A stretch of DNA of 64,000 bases from assembly GCA_958413765.1 (NCBI GenBank), contig CATYVH010000004.1, forward strand, positions 38,672 through 102,671, given 5' to 3'. This stretch comes from an uncultured Collinsella sp. Lineage in GTDB: Bacteria > Actinomycetota > Coriobacteriia > Coriobacteriales > Coriobacteriaceae. A program made the translations under genes and the position numbers. The notes below the pieces were generated by a model that worked only from the letters and a program-made list of their open reading frames with translations, did no database searches and had not been told where the DNA came from. Below are positions 29,924 to 41,890 of this stretch, piece after piece; the first letter of the stretch is position 1, and each line of letters opens with the position of its first letter.

Positions 29924-30141
29924 CATCTCAATCTGTAACAGGTGGAGGCGAAATCCGGGTCTAGATGTTACAGATCGAGACACAGGGGTCCCTCCCCGAC
30001 TTCAATCTCGATCTGTAACATCTTGGGCCCCAAAACCCCTCTTACTGTTACAAATCAAGACATTCAAAATCCGCCGAAAGGTTTGTCTCGATCTGTAACA
30101 TCTGGAACCCAAATCCTCGTCTAATTGTTACAGATGGAGAC
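29924..30141. repeat. Array of six copies of a 15-16-bp motif (TCTCGATCTGTAACA) at exact 40-bp spacing in strictly alternating orientation
   Basis: Copies at 29926, 29966 (inverted), 30006, 30046 (inverted), 30085 and 30126 (inverted). Spacers of 24-25 bp are partly related to one another (80-bp higher-order unit). About 170 bp upstream of the glpA-like gene. Confidence 0.8.
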
Positions 30142-30310
30142 GAACGGTTGCCTTAGTTGTCGACAGACGAGGTTGTCGACGTTACTGAGTCTCCCCTCTC
30201 CTGCCGTTGGCGGGTGTTGCGGGGCTGTTCGCCGCATTGCCGCCGCACTGGGGGTGTGCAGACCGTAGGATAGTCTTATTGACAGCCTGTCAACTTATCT
30301 GGGAGGCACT

Positions 30311-31765
30311 GTGGCAGAAACGTTTGATATCGCAATTGTTGGCGCGGGCATTACCGGGTGCGCCATCGCGAGGCGGCTCGCGCGGTTTGACCTGTCCATT
30401 TGCGTAGTCGAGGCGGCTAACGATATTGCGCTGGGCGCGTCGAAGGCCAACGGCGGCCTGGTGCACGCTGGCTACGATCCGGCGCCGGGCACCGTAAAGG
30501 CACAGGTCAACGCCCGTGGCTGCGAGCTATATGGCGCGTGGGCCCAGGAGCTGGGCTTTCTGTTCTGCCGCACCGGGTCGATGGTGTTGGGCTTTAACGA
30601 CGAGGACCGCGCGCATCTGGAAAAGCTGCGCCAGAATGGCCTGGCGAACGGCGTGCCCGAGCTGGCGATTATAGGCCCCGAGCGCATCCACGAGCTGGAG
30701 CCGCGCGCGAGTGCCCAGGCCACGTGCGCGCTTTGGTGCCCCTCGACGGGCTTTGTCGACCCGTTTGAGGTTGCCATCGCCGCGCTGGAGAACGCCGTGG
30801 CCAACGGGGTGACGTTTATGCGGTCAGCGCCGGTGGAAGCGATTGAAGTCGCGGACTCGGGCGACGACGCGCGCTTTACGTTGGCGACGCCCGCCGGCGA
30901 CGTGCGCTGTCGCTATCTAATCAACGCCGCAGGCAACGGCGCCGCGCACCTCTCGCATATGGCGGGCGCCGAGAAGTTCCAGATGGTCTGGCGTCAGGGC
31001 AACATCGTGGTGCTGGACAAGGAGCCGCGGGCGCTCATGCCGCTCTACCCCGTTCCCACGCCAGTGTCCAAGGGCGTTATTGTCACGGGCACCGTGCACG
31101 GCAACACCGTAATCACCGCGACCGCTGCCGTGCGGGAGCCGGGCGACACGCAGACCTATGCAAGCGATGTGAACGCGCTGCTGACGGGAGCGCGCAAACT
31201 GGTTCCCGATCTGGACACGCGCCGCTTGGTGCGCGCGTTTGCCGGCGGGCGCCCGGTCATTCAGGGGACCAACGACTTCTTTATTGGGCAGTCGGCTGTG
31301 GTGCCAGGGCTGTTTCAGGCAGCGGGCATTCAGTCGCCAGGCGTGGCGAGCGCGCCGGCCATTGCCGAACGCATGGAGCACGTGATGCGCGAGGCGGGCG
31401 TGGAGCTGCACGAACGGGACGACTGGGATCCGATTCGCCACGCGCCGGACGACTTTGACCGCGCGCCGCTTGCGCGCAAGGAAGAACTCATTGAGTCCGA
31501 CCCCGCGTGGGGGCAGATCGTCTGCCGCTGCGAGACGGTGCCCGAAGCCGAGATTGTGGCCGCGATTCGACGCCAGCCGGGCGCGGTTTCGGTCGAGGGC
31601 GTCAAGCGCCGCTGCCGTGCCGGCATGGGTCGGTGCCAAAGCGGCTTTTGCCAGAGCCGTGTGGTGGCGATCCTGGCGCGTGAGTTGGGCTGCGACCCCA
31701 GCGAAGTGCTGTTGGAAGATGCCGGATCTTGGTTGGTCGAGGGACCGCTGAAGGGGGTGCGCTAG
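30311..31765 (+). CDS. FAD-dependent oxidoreductase with C-terminal BFD-like [2Fe-2S] domain (anaerobic glycerol-3-phosphate dehydrogenase GlpA-like)
   Basis: FDIAIVGAGITGCAIARRLA dinucleotide-binding motif. C-terminal CRCE...CRAGMGRCQSGFC BFD-type cysteine cluster. Confidence 0.8.
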   Translation: MAETFDIAIVGAGITGCAIARRLARFDLSICVVEAANDIALGASKANGGLVHAGYDPAPGTVKAQVNARGCELYGAWAQELGFLFCRTGSMVLGFNDEDRAHLEKLRQNGLANGVPELAIIGPERIHELEPRASAQATCALWCPSTGFVDPFEVAIAALENAVANGVTFMRSAPVEAIEVADSGDDARFTLATPAGDVRCRYLINAAGNGAAHLSHMAGAEKFQMVWRQGNIVVLDKEPRALMPLYPVPTPVSKGVIVTGTVHGNTVITATAAVREPGDTQTYASDVNALLTGARKLVPDLDTRRLVRAFAGGRPVIQGTNDFFIGQSAVVPGLFQAAGIQSPGVASAPAIAERMEHVMREAGVELHERDDWDPIRHAPDDFDRAPLARKEELIESDPAWGQIVCRCETVPEAEIVAAIRRQPGAVSVEGVKRRCRAGMGRCQSGFCQSRVVAILARELGCDPSEVLLEDAGSWLVEGPLKGVR

Positions 31766-31766
31766 G

Positions 31767-33119
31767 ATGGCGACGTTTGATATGCGCGACGAACGCGCGG
31801 AGGCCGGAGCTGTAACGCCTGTGCAAACGCAGGCGTTCGACGTGGTCGTTATCGGAGGCGGACCCGCCGGCATGGCGGCCGCGCTTGCCGCACACAAGGC
31901 CGGCGCGCACGTGGCCATCGTGGAGCGCGAGCAGCATCTGGGCGGCATCCTGCGCCAGTGCATCCACCCCGGCTTTGGCCTGTCGCACTTTAAACAGGAG
32001 CTTACCGGTCCCGAGTACGCGCAGCGCTTTATCGACCAGGTGCACGCAACCGACATTGCGCTGTTCCTGAACAGCATGGTGATTGGGATTGATTCGGGCG
32101 AGCCTGCGGAAGACACCGCGGTCCACACCGTCACGCTCATGAACCCTGCCGGTATGCTGCAGCTCACCGGGCGCGCAGTTGTCCTTGCCATGGGGTGCCG
32201 CGAGCGTACCCGCAGCGAGATCAAGATCCCCGGCAGCCGTCCCGCTGGCGTGTTTACGGCCGGCTTGGCGCAGCGATACATCAATATCGAGAACCTCAAG
32301 CCCGGCTCGCGCGCCGTCATTTTGGGCTCGGGTGACATCGGGCTGATCATGGCGCGCCGCTGCACGCTCGAGGGGATTTCGGTCGAGGGCGTGTACGAGC
32401 TCATGCCGTACGCCAACGGCCTGCGCCGCAATGTGAAAAATTGTCTGGACGACTTTGGCATTCCGCTGCATCTGTCTACCACGGTCACGCGCGTGATCGG
32501 GCACGACCGCGTGGAGGCCGTCGAGGTAAGTCAGGTCGATGAGCACCTGGCACCCATTCCGGGAACCGAGCGCATCGTTTCGTGCGACACACTGCTGCTC
32601 TCGGTGGGCCTGATTCCCGCGAACGAGCTTTCGGTTGCCGCGGGCGTTGAGCTTGACCCGCACACGCGCGGCGCCGTGGTGGACCAGAGTCTGCAAACGG
32701 GCGTGCCGGGCATCTTTGCCTGTGGCAACGTGCTGCACGTGCACGACCTGGCCGACAACGTGACGACCGAGTCCGAGAGGGCTGGCGCAGCTGCAGCGGC
32801 GTACGCGTTGGAAACCGGCGCGGACGTCGTTCCGGACTGCGAGCTCACCGTCTCCCCTGCCGGCATTGCGGGCTACGCGCTGCCGGGACGCATTACGGCT
32901 GTGGCGCTCACCAAGCTGAACTTCCGCGTGCGCCGACCGGTCGACACCGCCCGCGTGCGCATTCTCGCTGGCGGCAAGGAGCTGTTTGTGGGCAAGGTCC
33001 GCCCGTTTAAACCGAGTGTTATGGAAAGCTTCCCACTGCCGGCAAAGGTCATCAAGCAGGCGCTCGATCTGGGTGCCAGCGAGATTGTTCTATCCGTCGA
33101 TTCCATCGAGGAGGCATAA
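31767..33119 (+). CDS. Pyridine nucleotide-disulfide family FAD/NAD(P)-binding oxidoreductase
   Basis: FDVVVIGGGPAGMAAAL and a second Rossmann motif AVILGSGDIGLIMA. Conserved partner of GlpA-like and DUF1667 genes. Confidence 0.8.
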   Translation: MATFDMRDERAEAGAVTPVQTQAFDVVVIGGGPAGMAAALAAHKAGAHVAIVEREQHLGGILRQCIHPGFGLSHFKQELTGPEYAQRFIDQVHATDIALFLNSMVIGIDSGEPAEDTAVHTVTLMNPAGMLQLTGRAVVLAMGCRERTRSEIKIPGSRPAGVFTAGLAQRYINIENLKPGSRAVILGSGDIGLIMARRCTLEGISVEGVYELMPYANGLRRNVKNCLDDFGIPLHLSTTVTRVIGHDRVEAVEVSQVDEHLAPIPGTERIVSCDTLLLSVGLIPANELSVAAGVELDPHTRGAVVDQSLQTGVPGIFACGNVLHVHDLADNVTTESERAGAAAAAYALETGADVVPDCELTVSPAGIAGYALPGRITAVALTKLNFRVRRPVDTARVRILAGGKELFVGKVRPFKPSVMESFPLPAKVIKQALDLGASEIVLSVDSIEEA

Positions 33120-33122
33120 ACT

Positions 33123-33521
33123 ATGAGCGATAACGTGGTCGAAACGCTGCAGTTCAACTGCACCACCTGCCCATCCGAGTGCCTTCTGACCGTAGAGGTG
33201 GAGCGCGACGCCAATGGCGCCGTGGTGGAAGTGCGCTCCGTGACCGGCAACAACTGCCCGCGCGGCGATACGTTCGCGCATCAGGAGCTCACCTGCCCCA
33301 TGCGCGTGCTCACGACGACCGTGGCCGTCTCCGGCGGCGACGAAGCCCTGCTCCCCGTGCGCACGGCCGAAGCCATCCCGCTGGCACTCCACGCCCAAGC
33401 CATGGCCCTCATCCGAGGTCTAGTCGTCAACGCCCCCATCCGCATGGGCGACGTCGTGCTGGAAGATCTTCTCGGCACCAACATTGACCTAGTCGCCAGC
33501 ATGGACATCGACCCAGCCTAA
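33123..33521 (+). CDS. DUF1667-domain protein (Cys-rich small subunit of the three-gene oxidoreductase cluster)
   Basis: CTTCPSEC...NNCPRGD...CPMRV cysteine pattern. 132 aa. 3-nt spacing from the upstream gene. Confidence 0.7.
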   Translation: MSDNVVETLQFNCTTCPSECLLTVEVERDANGAVVEVRSVTGNNCPRGDTFAHQELTCPMRVLTTTVAVSGGDEALLPVRTAEAIPLALHAQAMALIRGLVVNAPIRMGDVVLEDLLGTNIDLVASMDIDPA

Positions 33522-33602
33522 GCAGCAAATTTGGGACGGGGCTCTTTTAGCTGCTTTTGCAAGGAGTGTCCCCAGGTGCCGGCATAAAAGGAACGTCCCT
33601 AT

Positions 33603-34739
33603 GTGCCGGGCTTGGGATACCATGGTGGCAGCCTAGCGAAAGGATGTTTCATGGCACATGTCGATGACCAGCGTGTGGCGCGCGTGCTCGATGCGCTCGA
33701 GGCTCAGCACCCCGGCGCGCAGCTCCTCGTAAACGACCCGTGGTCGATCTATTACCTGACCGGCTTTTATGCCGATATGTTCGAGCGTTTTTGTGGCGTG
33801 CTGCTCACGCGCGGCAGCGAGCCGGTAATCCTGGTCAACGCCCTGCACCAGCTGCCCGAGTATGACAATGCCCGCGTTGCCTACCACACCGACACCGATG
33901 TCGTGGCCAACGCCATCGCGAGTGAGATCGACCCGACCAAACCGCTCGGCATCGACACCGTCATGCGCTCCGGCTTTTTGATGCCGCTTATGGAGCGCCA
34001 CGCCGCCAGCGAGTTTTTCCTGGGCGATTTTGCCGTCACCGCCGCACGCACCTACAAGGATGCCGCCGAGCAGGAGCTCATGCGCGCGTCCTCGGCCGCT
34101 AACGATGCCGTGATGGCCGATGTTATCAAGCTCGTCCACGAGGGCGTGACGGAGCGCGAAATTGCCGACCAGATGCTAAGTCTGTATCGCAAGCACGGCT
34201 GCGAGGGCTTTAGCTTTCCGCCCATCGTGAGCTTTGGCGCCAACGCCGGCGACCCGCATCACGAGCCCGACGACACCGTACTCAAGCGTGGCGACGTGGT
34301 GCTGTTCGACATTGGCGGACGGCATCGCAACTACTGCTCGGACATGACGCGCACGTTCTTTTGGGGCGAGCCGGACGAGGAGACCGTGCGTATCTACGAT
34401 ATCGTGCGCCGTGCCAACGAGGCCGCCGAGGCGCTCATCGCGCCGGGCGTTCGCATGTGCGACTTGGACCGCGCCGCACGCGATGTGATCGAGGACGCAG
34501 GCTATGGCAGATACTTTACACATCGCCTGGGCCACTCGATTGGTCTGCAGGACCACGAGCCGGGCGACGTCTCGCTCGTCAACGAGCAGGTCGTAGAGCC
34601 AGGCATGACGTTCTCCATCGAACCGGGCATCTACCTCCCCGGTCGCGCCGGCGTCCGCATCGAGGACTTGGCCCTGGTGACCGAGTCCGGCGTCGAGATT
34701 CTCAACGCCTACCCCCACGATCCGGTCCGCCTAGACTAG
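33603..34739 (+). CDS. pepP: Xaa-Pro aminopeptidase / M24 family metallopeptidase
   Basis: Pita-bread fold metal ligands in DIGGRHRNYCSDMTRTF, HRLGHSIGLQDHE and IEPGIY...IED. Probable start ATG 33651. Confidence 0.85.
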   Translation: MPGLGYHGGSLAKGCFMAHVDDQRVARVLDALEAQHPGAQLLVNDPWSIYYLTGFYADMFERFCGVLLTRGSEPVILVNALHQLPEYDNARVAYHTDTDVVANAIASEIDPTKPLGIDTVMRSGFLMPLMERHAASEFFLGDFAVTAARTYKDAAEQELMRASSAANDAVMADVIKLVHEGVTEREIADQMLSLYRKHGCEGFSFPPIVSFGANAGDPHHEPDDTVLKRGDVVLFDIGGRHRNYCSDMTRTFFWGEPDEETVRIYDIVRRANEAAEALIAPGVRMCDLDRAARDVIEDAGYGRYFTHRLGHSIGLQDHEPGDVSLVNEQVVEPGMTFSIEPGIYLPGRAGVRIEDLALVTESGVEILNAYPHDPVRLD

Positions 34740-34788
34740 CCAATGTGACAAAGGAACAGTCCCTTTGTCACCTTCCGATTAGCTGCGC

Positions 34789-34946
34789 CACGAAAACGGC
34801 CTATCTACTACGTTTAGCCCGCATGGGTCGACCACACCTGTGTTTTCGCAAAACTGGTAAGCCATCTACCTGCGGTTTTCATTTCGCAATTCTCGGTGTG
34901 GTCGGGGGTAGTCGGTAAAACGTAGTAGATAGGCCCATTTCGTGGC
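34789..34946. mobile_element. 158-bp MITE-like element (copy 2, inverted relative to copy 1 at 2204-2361)
   Basis: Terminal inverted repeats ccacgaaaacggcctatctactacgtttag / taaaacgtagtagataggcccatttcgtgg. Internal similarity to copy 1 (gggtcgacc(g/a)cacc, ctggtaa). Same length. Confidence 0.6.
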
Positions 34947-35009
34947 AAGCGAGTCAACTCGGGGCGCAGGGCAGCCAAAAAAGCCCCGTCCCAAATTGAC
35001 TGCTTTTGA

Positions 35010-35074
35010 GTTGCGGTGATATACGGACTGTTTGAGGCTTCTGGCTTGTAAAACAGTCCGTATTTCACCGCAAC
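35010..35074. repeat. Near-perfect 24-bp inverted repeat (long hairpin) between pepP and folC
   Basis: gttgcggtgatatacggactgttt ... aaacagtccgtatttcaccgcaac with a 17-nt loop. No downstream U-tract on either strand. Confidence 0.7.
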
Positions 35075-35089
35075 TGCTGAGGGGATGGG

Positions 35090-36454
35090 TTAACGGAGCA
35101 GGCCGGCCACTTCGCCGGCTAGGGTGATGGTGCCGGCTGCTACGAAGGGCTCTCCGGCGGCATCGAGGGCTGCGAGGGCCTCGGAAACGCTGGGGTACAC
35201 GCCCGCGAGCTTATCGGCGTCCACCAGGGCAGAGAGCTCCTCCGCCGGCAGGGCGCGGTCGGAATCGGTCTGCGTTACGACTACACGCGGGAAGGCGGGA
35301 ATCAGCACATCGACGATACCCGCCACGTCCTTGTCGGCCAGCGCGGCGCACAGCAGCGTGGGGCGATTCTCTACGCACGGGTCGATCTCGTCCAACGCGC
35401 TTACAAAGTTCTCGCAGCTCTGGGGGTTATGACAGGCGTCGATCAGCTTGAGCGGATCGGTCCCCAACACGTCAAAACGACCCGGCGTGGGGCAACCCAT
35501 AAGCGATGCATCCAACGCATCGTGGTCGAGCTCGCGACCCAGATACCCCTCGCACAGCATAATCGCGCACGCAGCATTCTGCGGCTGATAGGCCGGCTTG
35601 ACCATGCTCGACGTATAAATCGCACGCGGCGTGGTGCAGCTGAACTCAACCGTATCGCCCACATGCGCCGGCACCTTGGTCGTGGCGTGGCTCACCACCA
35701 GCGGCACCACACTGCACTCACGGCAACGGGCATCCATCACGCGCTGAACGCTCGACTCGTGCGTGCCCTCGCCCAGCACAACAAGACGTCCGGGCTTGAT
35801 GACCGCGGCCTTCTCCCCCGCAATGGCCTCGAGCGTGTCGCCCAAAATGCGTGTATGGTCGAGGCCGATACCCGTAATGGCAACGGTGACGGGATCGGTC
35901 GCACTCGTGGCGTCCCAACGGCCGCCCATGCCAACCTCGAGCACGGCAACGTCCACCGCGGCCTCGGCAAACACCACCAGCGCGGCAGCCGTCAGCAGAT
36001 CAAACGGCGTGATGGTATAGGCGCGCTCCCCCGCCGCCACACGACGGGCATTCACGCGATGCCCCGCCTCAACGGCGGCAGAAACGCCACGGGCAAAGGC
36101 CTCGTCGCTCACAACGCGCCCATCGACCTCCATGCGCTCGGGATAGCGCACAAGCTGCGGAGACGTATACAGTGCGGTCTTTAACCCCTCACCACGAAGG
36201 ATGGCAGCCGAAAAACGCGTAGTCGAAGTCTTGCCATTGGTACCGGCGACCTGAATGCAATCAAAATATTCGTCCGGACGCCCCAGCTCATCGAGCATAT
36301 CGACAACCGTCTCGAGCAGAGGACCAGCATCCCCAGAAATCCGCCCCGTATCAGCAGCCAGCCCAACAGCCTCATCAAACGGAAGCAACTCAAACGAGAA
36401 AGGAACGACATACGACCCCGAACGCTTAGCCATAACCCAAAGTCCCCTCAACAT
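35090..36454 (-). CDS. folC: Bifunctional folylpolyglutamate synthase / dihydrofolate synthase
   Basis: Mur-ligase P-loop VAGTNGKTSTT. Overall FolC length and order. Confidence 0.85.
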   Translation of the reverse strand: MLRGLWVMAKRSGSYVVPFSFELLPFDEAVGLAADTGRISGDAGPLLETVVDMLDELGRPDEYFDCIQVAGTNGKTSTTRFSAAILRGEGLKTALYTSPQLVRYPERMEVDGRVVSDEAFARGVSAAVEAGHRVNARRVAAGERAYTITPFDLLTAAALVVFAEAAVDVAVLEVGMGGRWDATSATDPVTVAITGIGLDHTRILGDTLEAIAGEKAAVIKPGRLVVLGEGTHESSVQRVMDARCRECSVVPLVVSHATTKVPAHVGDTVEFSCTTPRAIYTSSMVKPAYQPQNAACAIMLCEGYLGRELDHDALDASLMGCPTPGRFDVLGTDPLKLIDACHNPQSCENFVSALDEIDPCVENRPTLLCAALADKDVAGIVDVLIPAFPRVVVTQTDSDRALPAEELSALVDADKLAGVYPSVSEALAALDAAGEPFVAAGTITLAGEVAGLLR

Positions 36455-36713
36455 AAAAAGAGGCCCGCAATAAACAACGAGCCCCTCCCATACATAATAT
36501 CAGCCAAACACCGCTTTGCAGCGAGATCAAGGCCATGACCAAGTAGCCCTTACATGCCAGATGCAAACAACCACGTAACCGCACTAGGAGCGGCCCGACG
36601 CTTTGCTCGATACAAGTTCCGCACGCAAAGGACAGCACTAAATGTGCTGTCCGTCTTGCGCAGGACTGTTCGCAGTAGCGAGCAAAGCGTCGGGACGCGC
36701 CCCTCAGTAAGAC

Positions 36714-39410
<2,697 letters not shown>

Positions 39411-39430
39411 ATATCTCTCCCTGTCCCGCC

Positions 39431-39545
39431 GGGGAGGAATGTAGGCCCGATTTTCGCTCGGTCAAGTCCTGGCTCGCACGAAGACCACATTAAGTGGTCT
39501 TCGGCTCGTGCGGAATCTACGAAAATCGGGGCTACATTCCTCCCC
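39431..39545. promoter_or_regulatory. About 115-bp imperfect palindrome (nested long hairpin) in the valS 5' leader / clpX-valS intergenic region
   Basis: Outer arms ggggaggaatgtaggcccgattttcg / cgaaaatcggggctacattcctcccc (26 bp). Inner perfect hairpin gaagaccac-attaa-gtggtcttc with flanking cgcacg/cgtgcg. Confidence 0.6.
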
Positions 39546-39629
39546 TTAGGTATCGATTACTTCAGTCTGATATGACTTCGCTGAGGCTTAAACAAACAAA
39601 CAGAATAACACAGGTAGTTGGGGTTATTG

Positions 39630-39673
39630 CGTATATATAAAACAGCCTCCGACCGCGGGTGGTCGGAGGCTGT
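39630..39673 (-). terminator. Rho-independent terminator of clpX
   Basis: Minus-strand reading: CAGCCTCCGACC-ACCCGC-GGTCGGAGGCTG followed by TTTTATATATA. Confidence 0.75.
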
Positions 39674-39696
39674 TTACAAGCACGTTTTAGGCAGGT

Positions 39697-41106
39697 TTAG
39701 CCGTAGATGCGTTGGGGCTGCTCTTCGCCCTTTACGGAAGCCTCGGTTACGACGACCTTGGCGACGCCCTCCTCGCTGGGCAGGTCGAACATCGTCTGCT
39801 GCAGCACGTCCTCGCAAATGGAGCGCAGGCCGCGGGCGCCGGTCTTGCGGGCGAGCGCCATACGGGCGATCTCGTGCAGAGCTTCGTCCTCAAACTCAAG
39901 CTCAACGTCCTCGAGCTGGAACATCTTGCGGTACTGGCGCACCACGGCGTTCTTGGGCTCGGTAAGGATCGACACCAGGTCGTCCTCGTCGAGCGCCTGC
40001 GTCTGGGTGACGACAGGCGTACGGCCCACAAACTCGGGGATCATACCAAAGGCGTTGAGGTCCTGCGGGAGCACCTGACGCAGCAGGTCGTTCTCGTCGA
40101 CCGAGGTGGGGCCGGCGATCTCGGAGTTAAAGCCCACGCCCTTGTTGCCCACACGGTCGGCAATGATCTTGTCCAGGCCCACAAAGGCACCGCCGCAGAT
40201 GAACAGGATGTTGGTCGTGTCGATCTGCAGCAGCTCCTGCTGGGGATGCTTGCGGCCGCCGGTGGGCGGAACGCTTGCCACCGTGCCTTCAAGAATCTTA
40301 AGCAGTGCCTGCTGAACGCCCTCGCCCGAAACGTCGCGGGTAATGGAGAGATTCTCGGCCTTGCGGGCGATCTTGTCGATCTCATCGACATAGATAATGC
40401 CAACCTGCGCGCGCTCAATATCGCCATCGGCGGCGTTGATGAGCTTGAGCAGGATGTTCTCCACGTCCTCGCCCACGTAACCGGCCTCGGTGAGCGCGGT
40501 GGCGTCGGCGATGGCAAACGGCACCTCGAGGATGCGCGCAAGCGTCTGGGCCAGCAGGGTCTTACCGGTACCGGTGGGACCGAGCAGCAAAATGTTGGAC
40601 TTGGCGAGCTCCACCTCGTCCATATCATCGTCGAGCTGCGAGTCCAAACCGTCGTCAAAGGCCGAAAGCGCAGCACCACCCTCAATCACGCGGCGGTAGT
40701 GGTTGTACACGGCAACCGACATGGCGCGCTTGGCGTCTTCCTGGCCCATGACATAGGCCGAAAGCTCGTCATAGATCTCATGCGGCGTCGGCACATGCGT
40801 AATGACCTGACGGGCGTCGTCCTCGAGCTCAAAGCCCTCGGCCTCGGGATCCATAGCAGGCTGGGACGCAGCCTGACCGTGATCGTTGAGGAAGCCCGGC
40901 AGCTTGCCGTTGCGGGCAGCGTCCATAAAGTCCGAAGCCAGCGACTCCTCCAAAATCTCGGAGCAGGCGGCGACGCACTCGTCGCAGATAAAGATATTGG
41001 TCGGACCCTTAACAAGGCGACGAACCTGACCCTGCTCTTTTCCGCAGAAGGAGCAGCGGATGGAGTTACCGTTCTCGTCGAAATTGTCCTGCATGTTACC
41101 GGCCAT
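39697..41106 (-). CDS. clpX: ATP-dependent Clp protease ATP-binding subunit ClpX
   Basis: C4 zinc finger CSFCGK...CDEC. Walker [15 protein letters not shown]. Start ATG 41104-41106 (MAGNMQ...) lies 1 nt after the clpP stop. The longer ORF reaching 41154 would overlap clpP. Confidence 0.9.
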   Translation of the reverse strand: MAGNMQDNFDENGNSIRCSFCGKEQGQVRRLVKGPTNIFICDECVAACSEILEESLASDFMDAARNGKLPGFLNDHGQAASQPAMDPEAEGFELEDDARQVITHVPTPHEIYDELSAYVMGQEDAKRAMSVAVYNHYRRVIEGGAALSAFDDGLDSQLDDDMDEVELAKSNILLLGPTGTGKTLLAQTLARILEVPFAIADATALTEAGYVGEDVENILLKLINAADGDIERAQVGIIYVDEIDKIARKAENLSITRDVSGEGVQQALLKILEGTVASVPPTGGRKHPQQELLQIDTTNILFICGGAFVGLDKIIADRVGNKGVGFNSEIAGPTSVDENDLLRQVLPQDLNAFGMIPEFVGRTPVVTQTQALDEDDLVSILTEPKNAVVRQYRKMFQLEDVELEFEDEALHEIARMALARKTGARGLRSICEDVLQQTMFDLPSEEGVAKVVVTEASVKGEEQPQRIYG

Positions 41107-41107
41107 C

Positions 41108-41740
41108 CTAGGCGTCCTTCGCGGCGAGATCGCGCGAGGTGACAATGCGGTCAATCAGACCGTAGTCGAGGGCCTCGGCAGCGGTCAGGTAGTTGTCGCG
41201 CTCGGTATCGGCCTGGACCTTCTCGATGGGCTGGCCCGAGGCGTCGGACAGGATCTGGTTGAGCTCGCGGCGGGTCTTCTTGATCTCCTCGGCCACAATC
41301 TCGATCTCGGTCTGCTGGCCCTGCGCACCGCCGCTGGGCTGGTGAATCATGACCTTGGAATGCGGCAGGCAGAAGCGCTTGCCCTTGGCGCCGGCCGAAA
41401 GCAGCACGGCGGCCATGGACGCGGCCATACCGACGCAGATGGTGGAGACCTGCGGCTTGATGAAGTTCATGGTGTCCAGAATCGCCAGGCCGGAGTAAAC
41501 CTCGCCGCCAGGCGAATTGATGTAGAGCGAGATATCCTTCTCGGCATCCTGGCTTTCAAGATGCAGCAGCTGGGCAACGACCAGGTTGGCGCTGACGGAG
41601 TTGATCTCCTCGCCCAAGAAGATGATGCGGTCGTTGAGCAGGCGCGAATAGATATCGTAGCTGCGCTCACCGCGCGGCGTCTGCTCGATAACGTATGGCA
41701 CGAGGGCGGAATCGAACTTAGCGATCATACGCATCTCCAT
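41108..41740 (-). CDS. clpP: ATP-dependent Clp protease proteolytic subunit
   Basis: 210 aa. Ser-His-Asp triad context ([16 protein letters not shown]). Directly upstream of clpX. Confidence 0.95.
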   Translation of the reverse strand: MEMRMIAKFDSALVPYVIEQTPRGERSYDIYSRLLNDRIIFLGEEINSVSANLVVAQLLHLESQDAEKDISLYINSPGGEVYSGLAILDTMNFIKPQVSTICVGMAASMAAVLLSAGAKGKRFCLPHSKVMIHQPSGGAQGQQTEIEIVAEEIKKTRRELNQILSDASGQPIEKVQADTERDNYLTAAEALDYGLIDRIVTSRDLAAKDA

Positions 41741-41890
41741 TTCTCTTACGGACCAATAGTGGTTCTAGATAAACGTACGGTGCCCGCATGCTATGCATTG
41801 GCTGGCACCGTACGAAGCAACCGGATAACCGGTTTATAACTTTACCCCATCGCGGGCACATGCATGCGCTCGCGAGCAAGGCGGCGAGAA

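Noticed and set aside
29924-30141. Possible CRISPR array
   Set aside because: Repeat copies alternate in orientation, they are only 15-16 bp long, the spacers are related to each other, and no cas genes are nearby.
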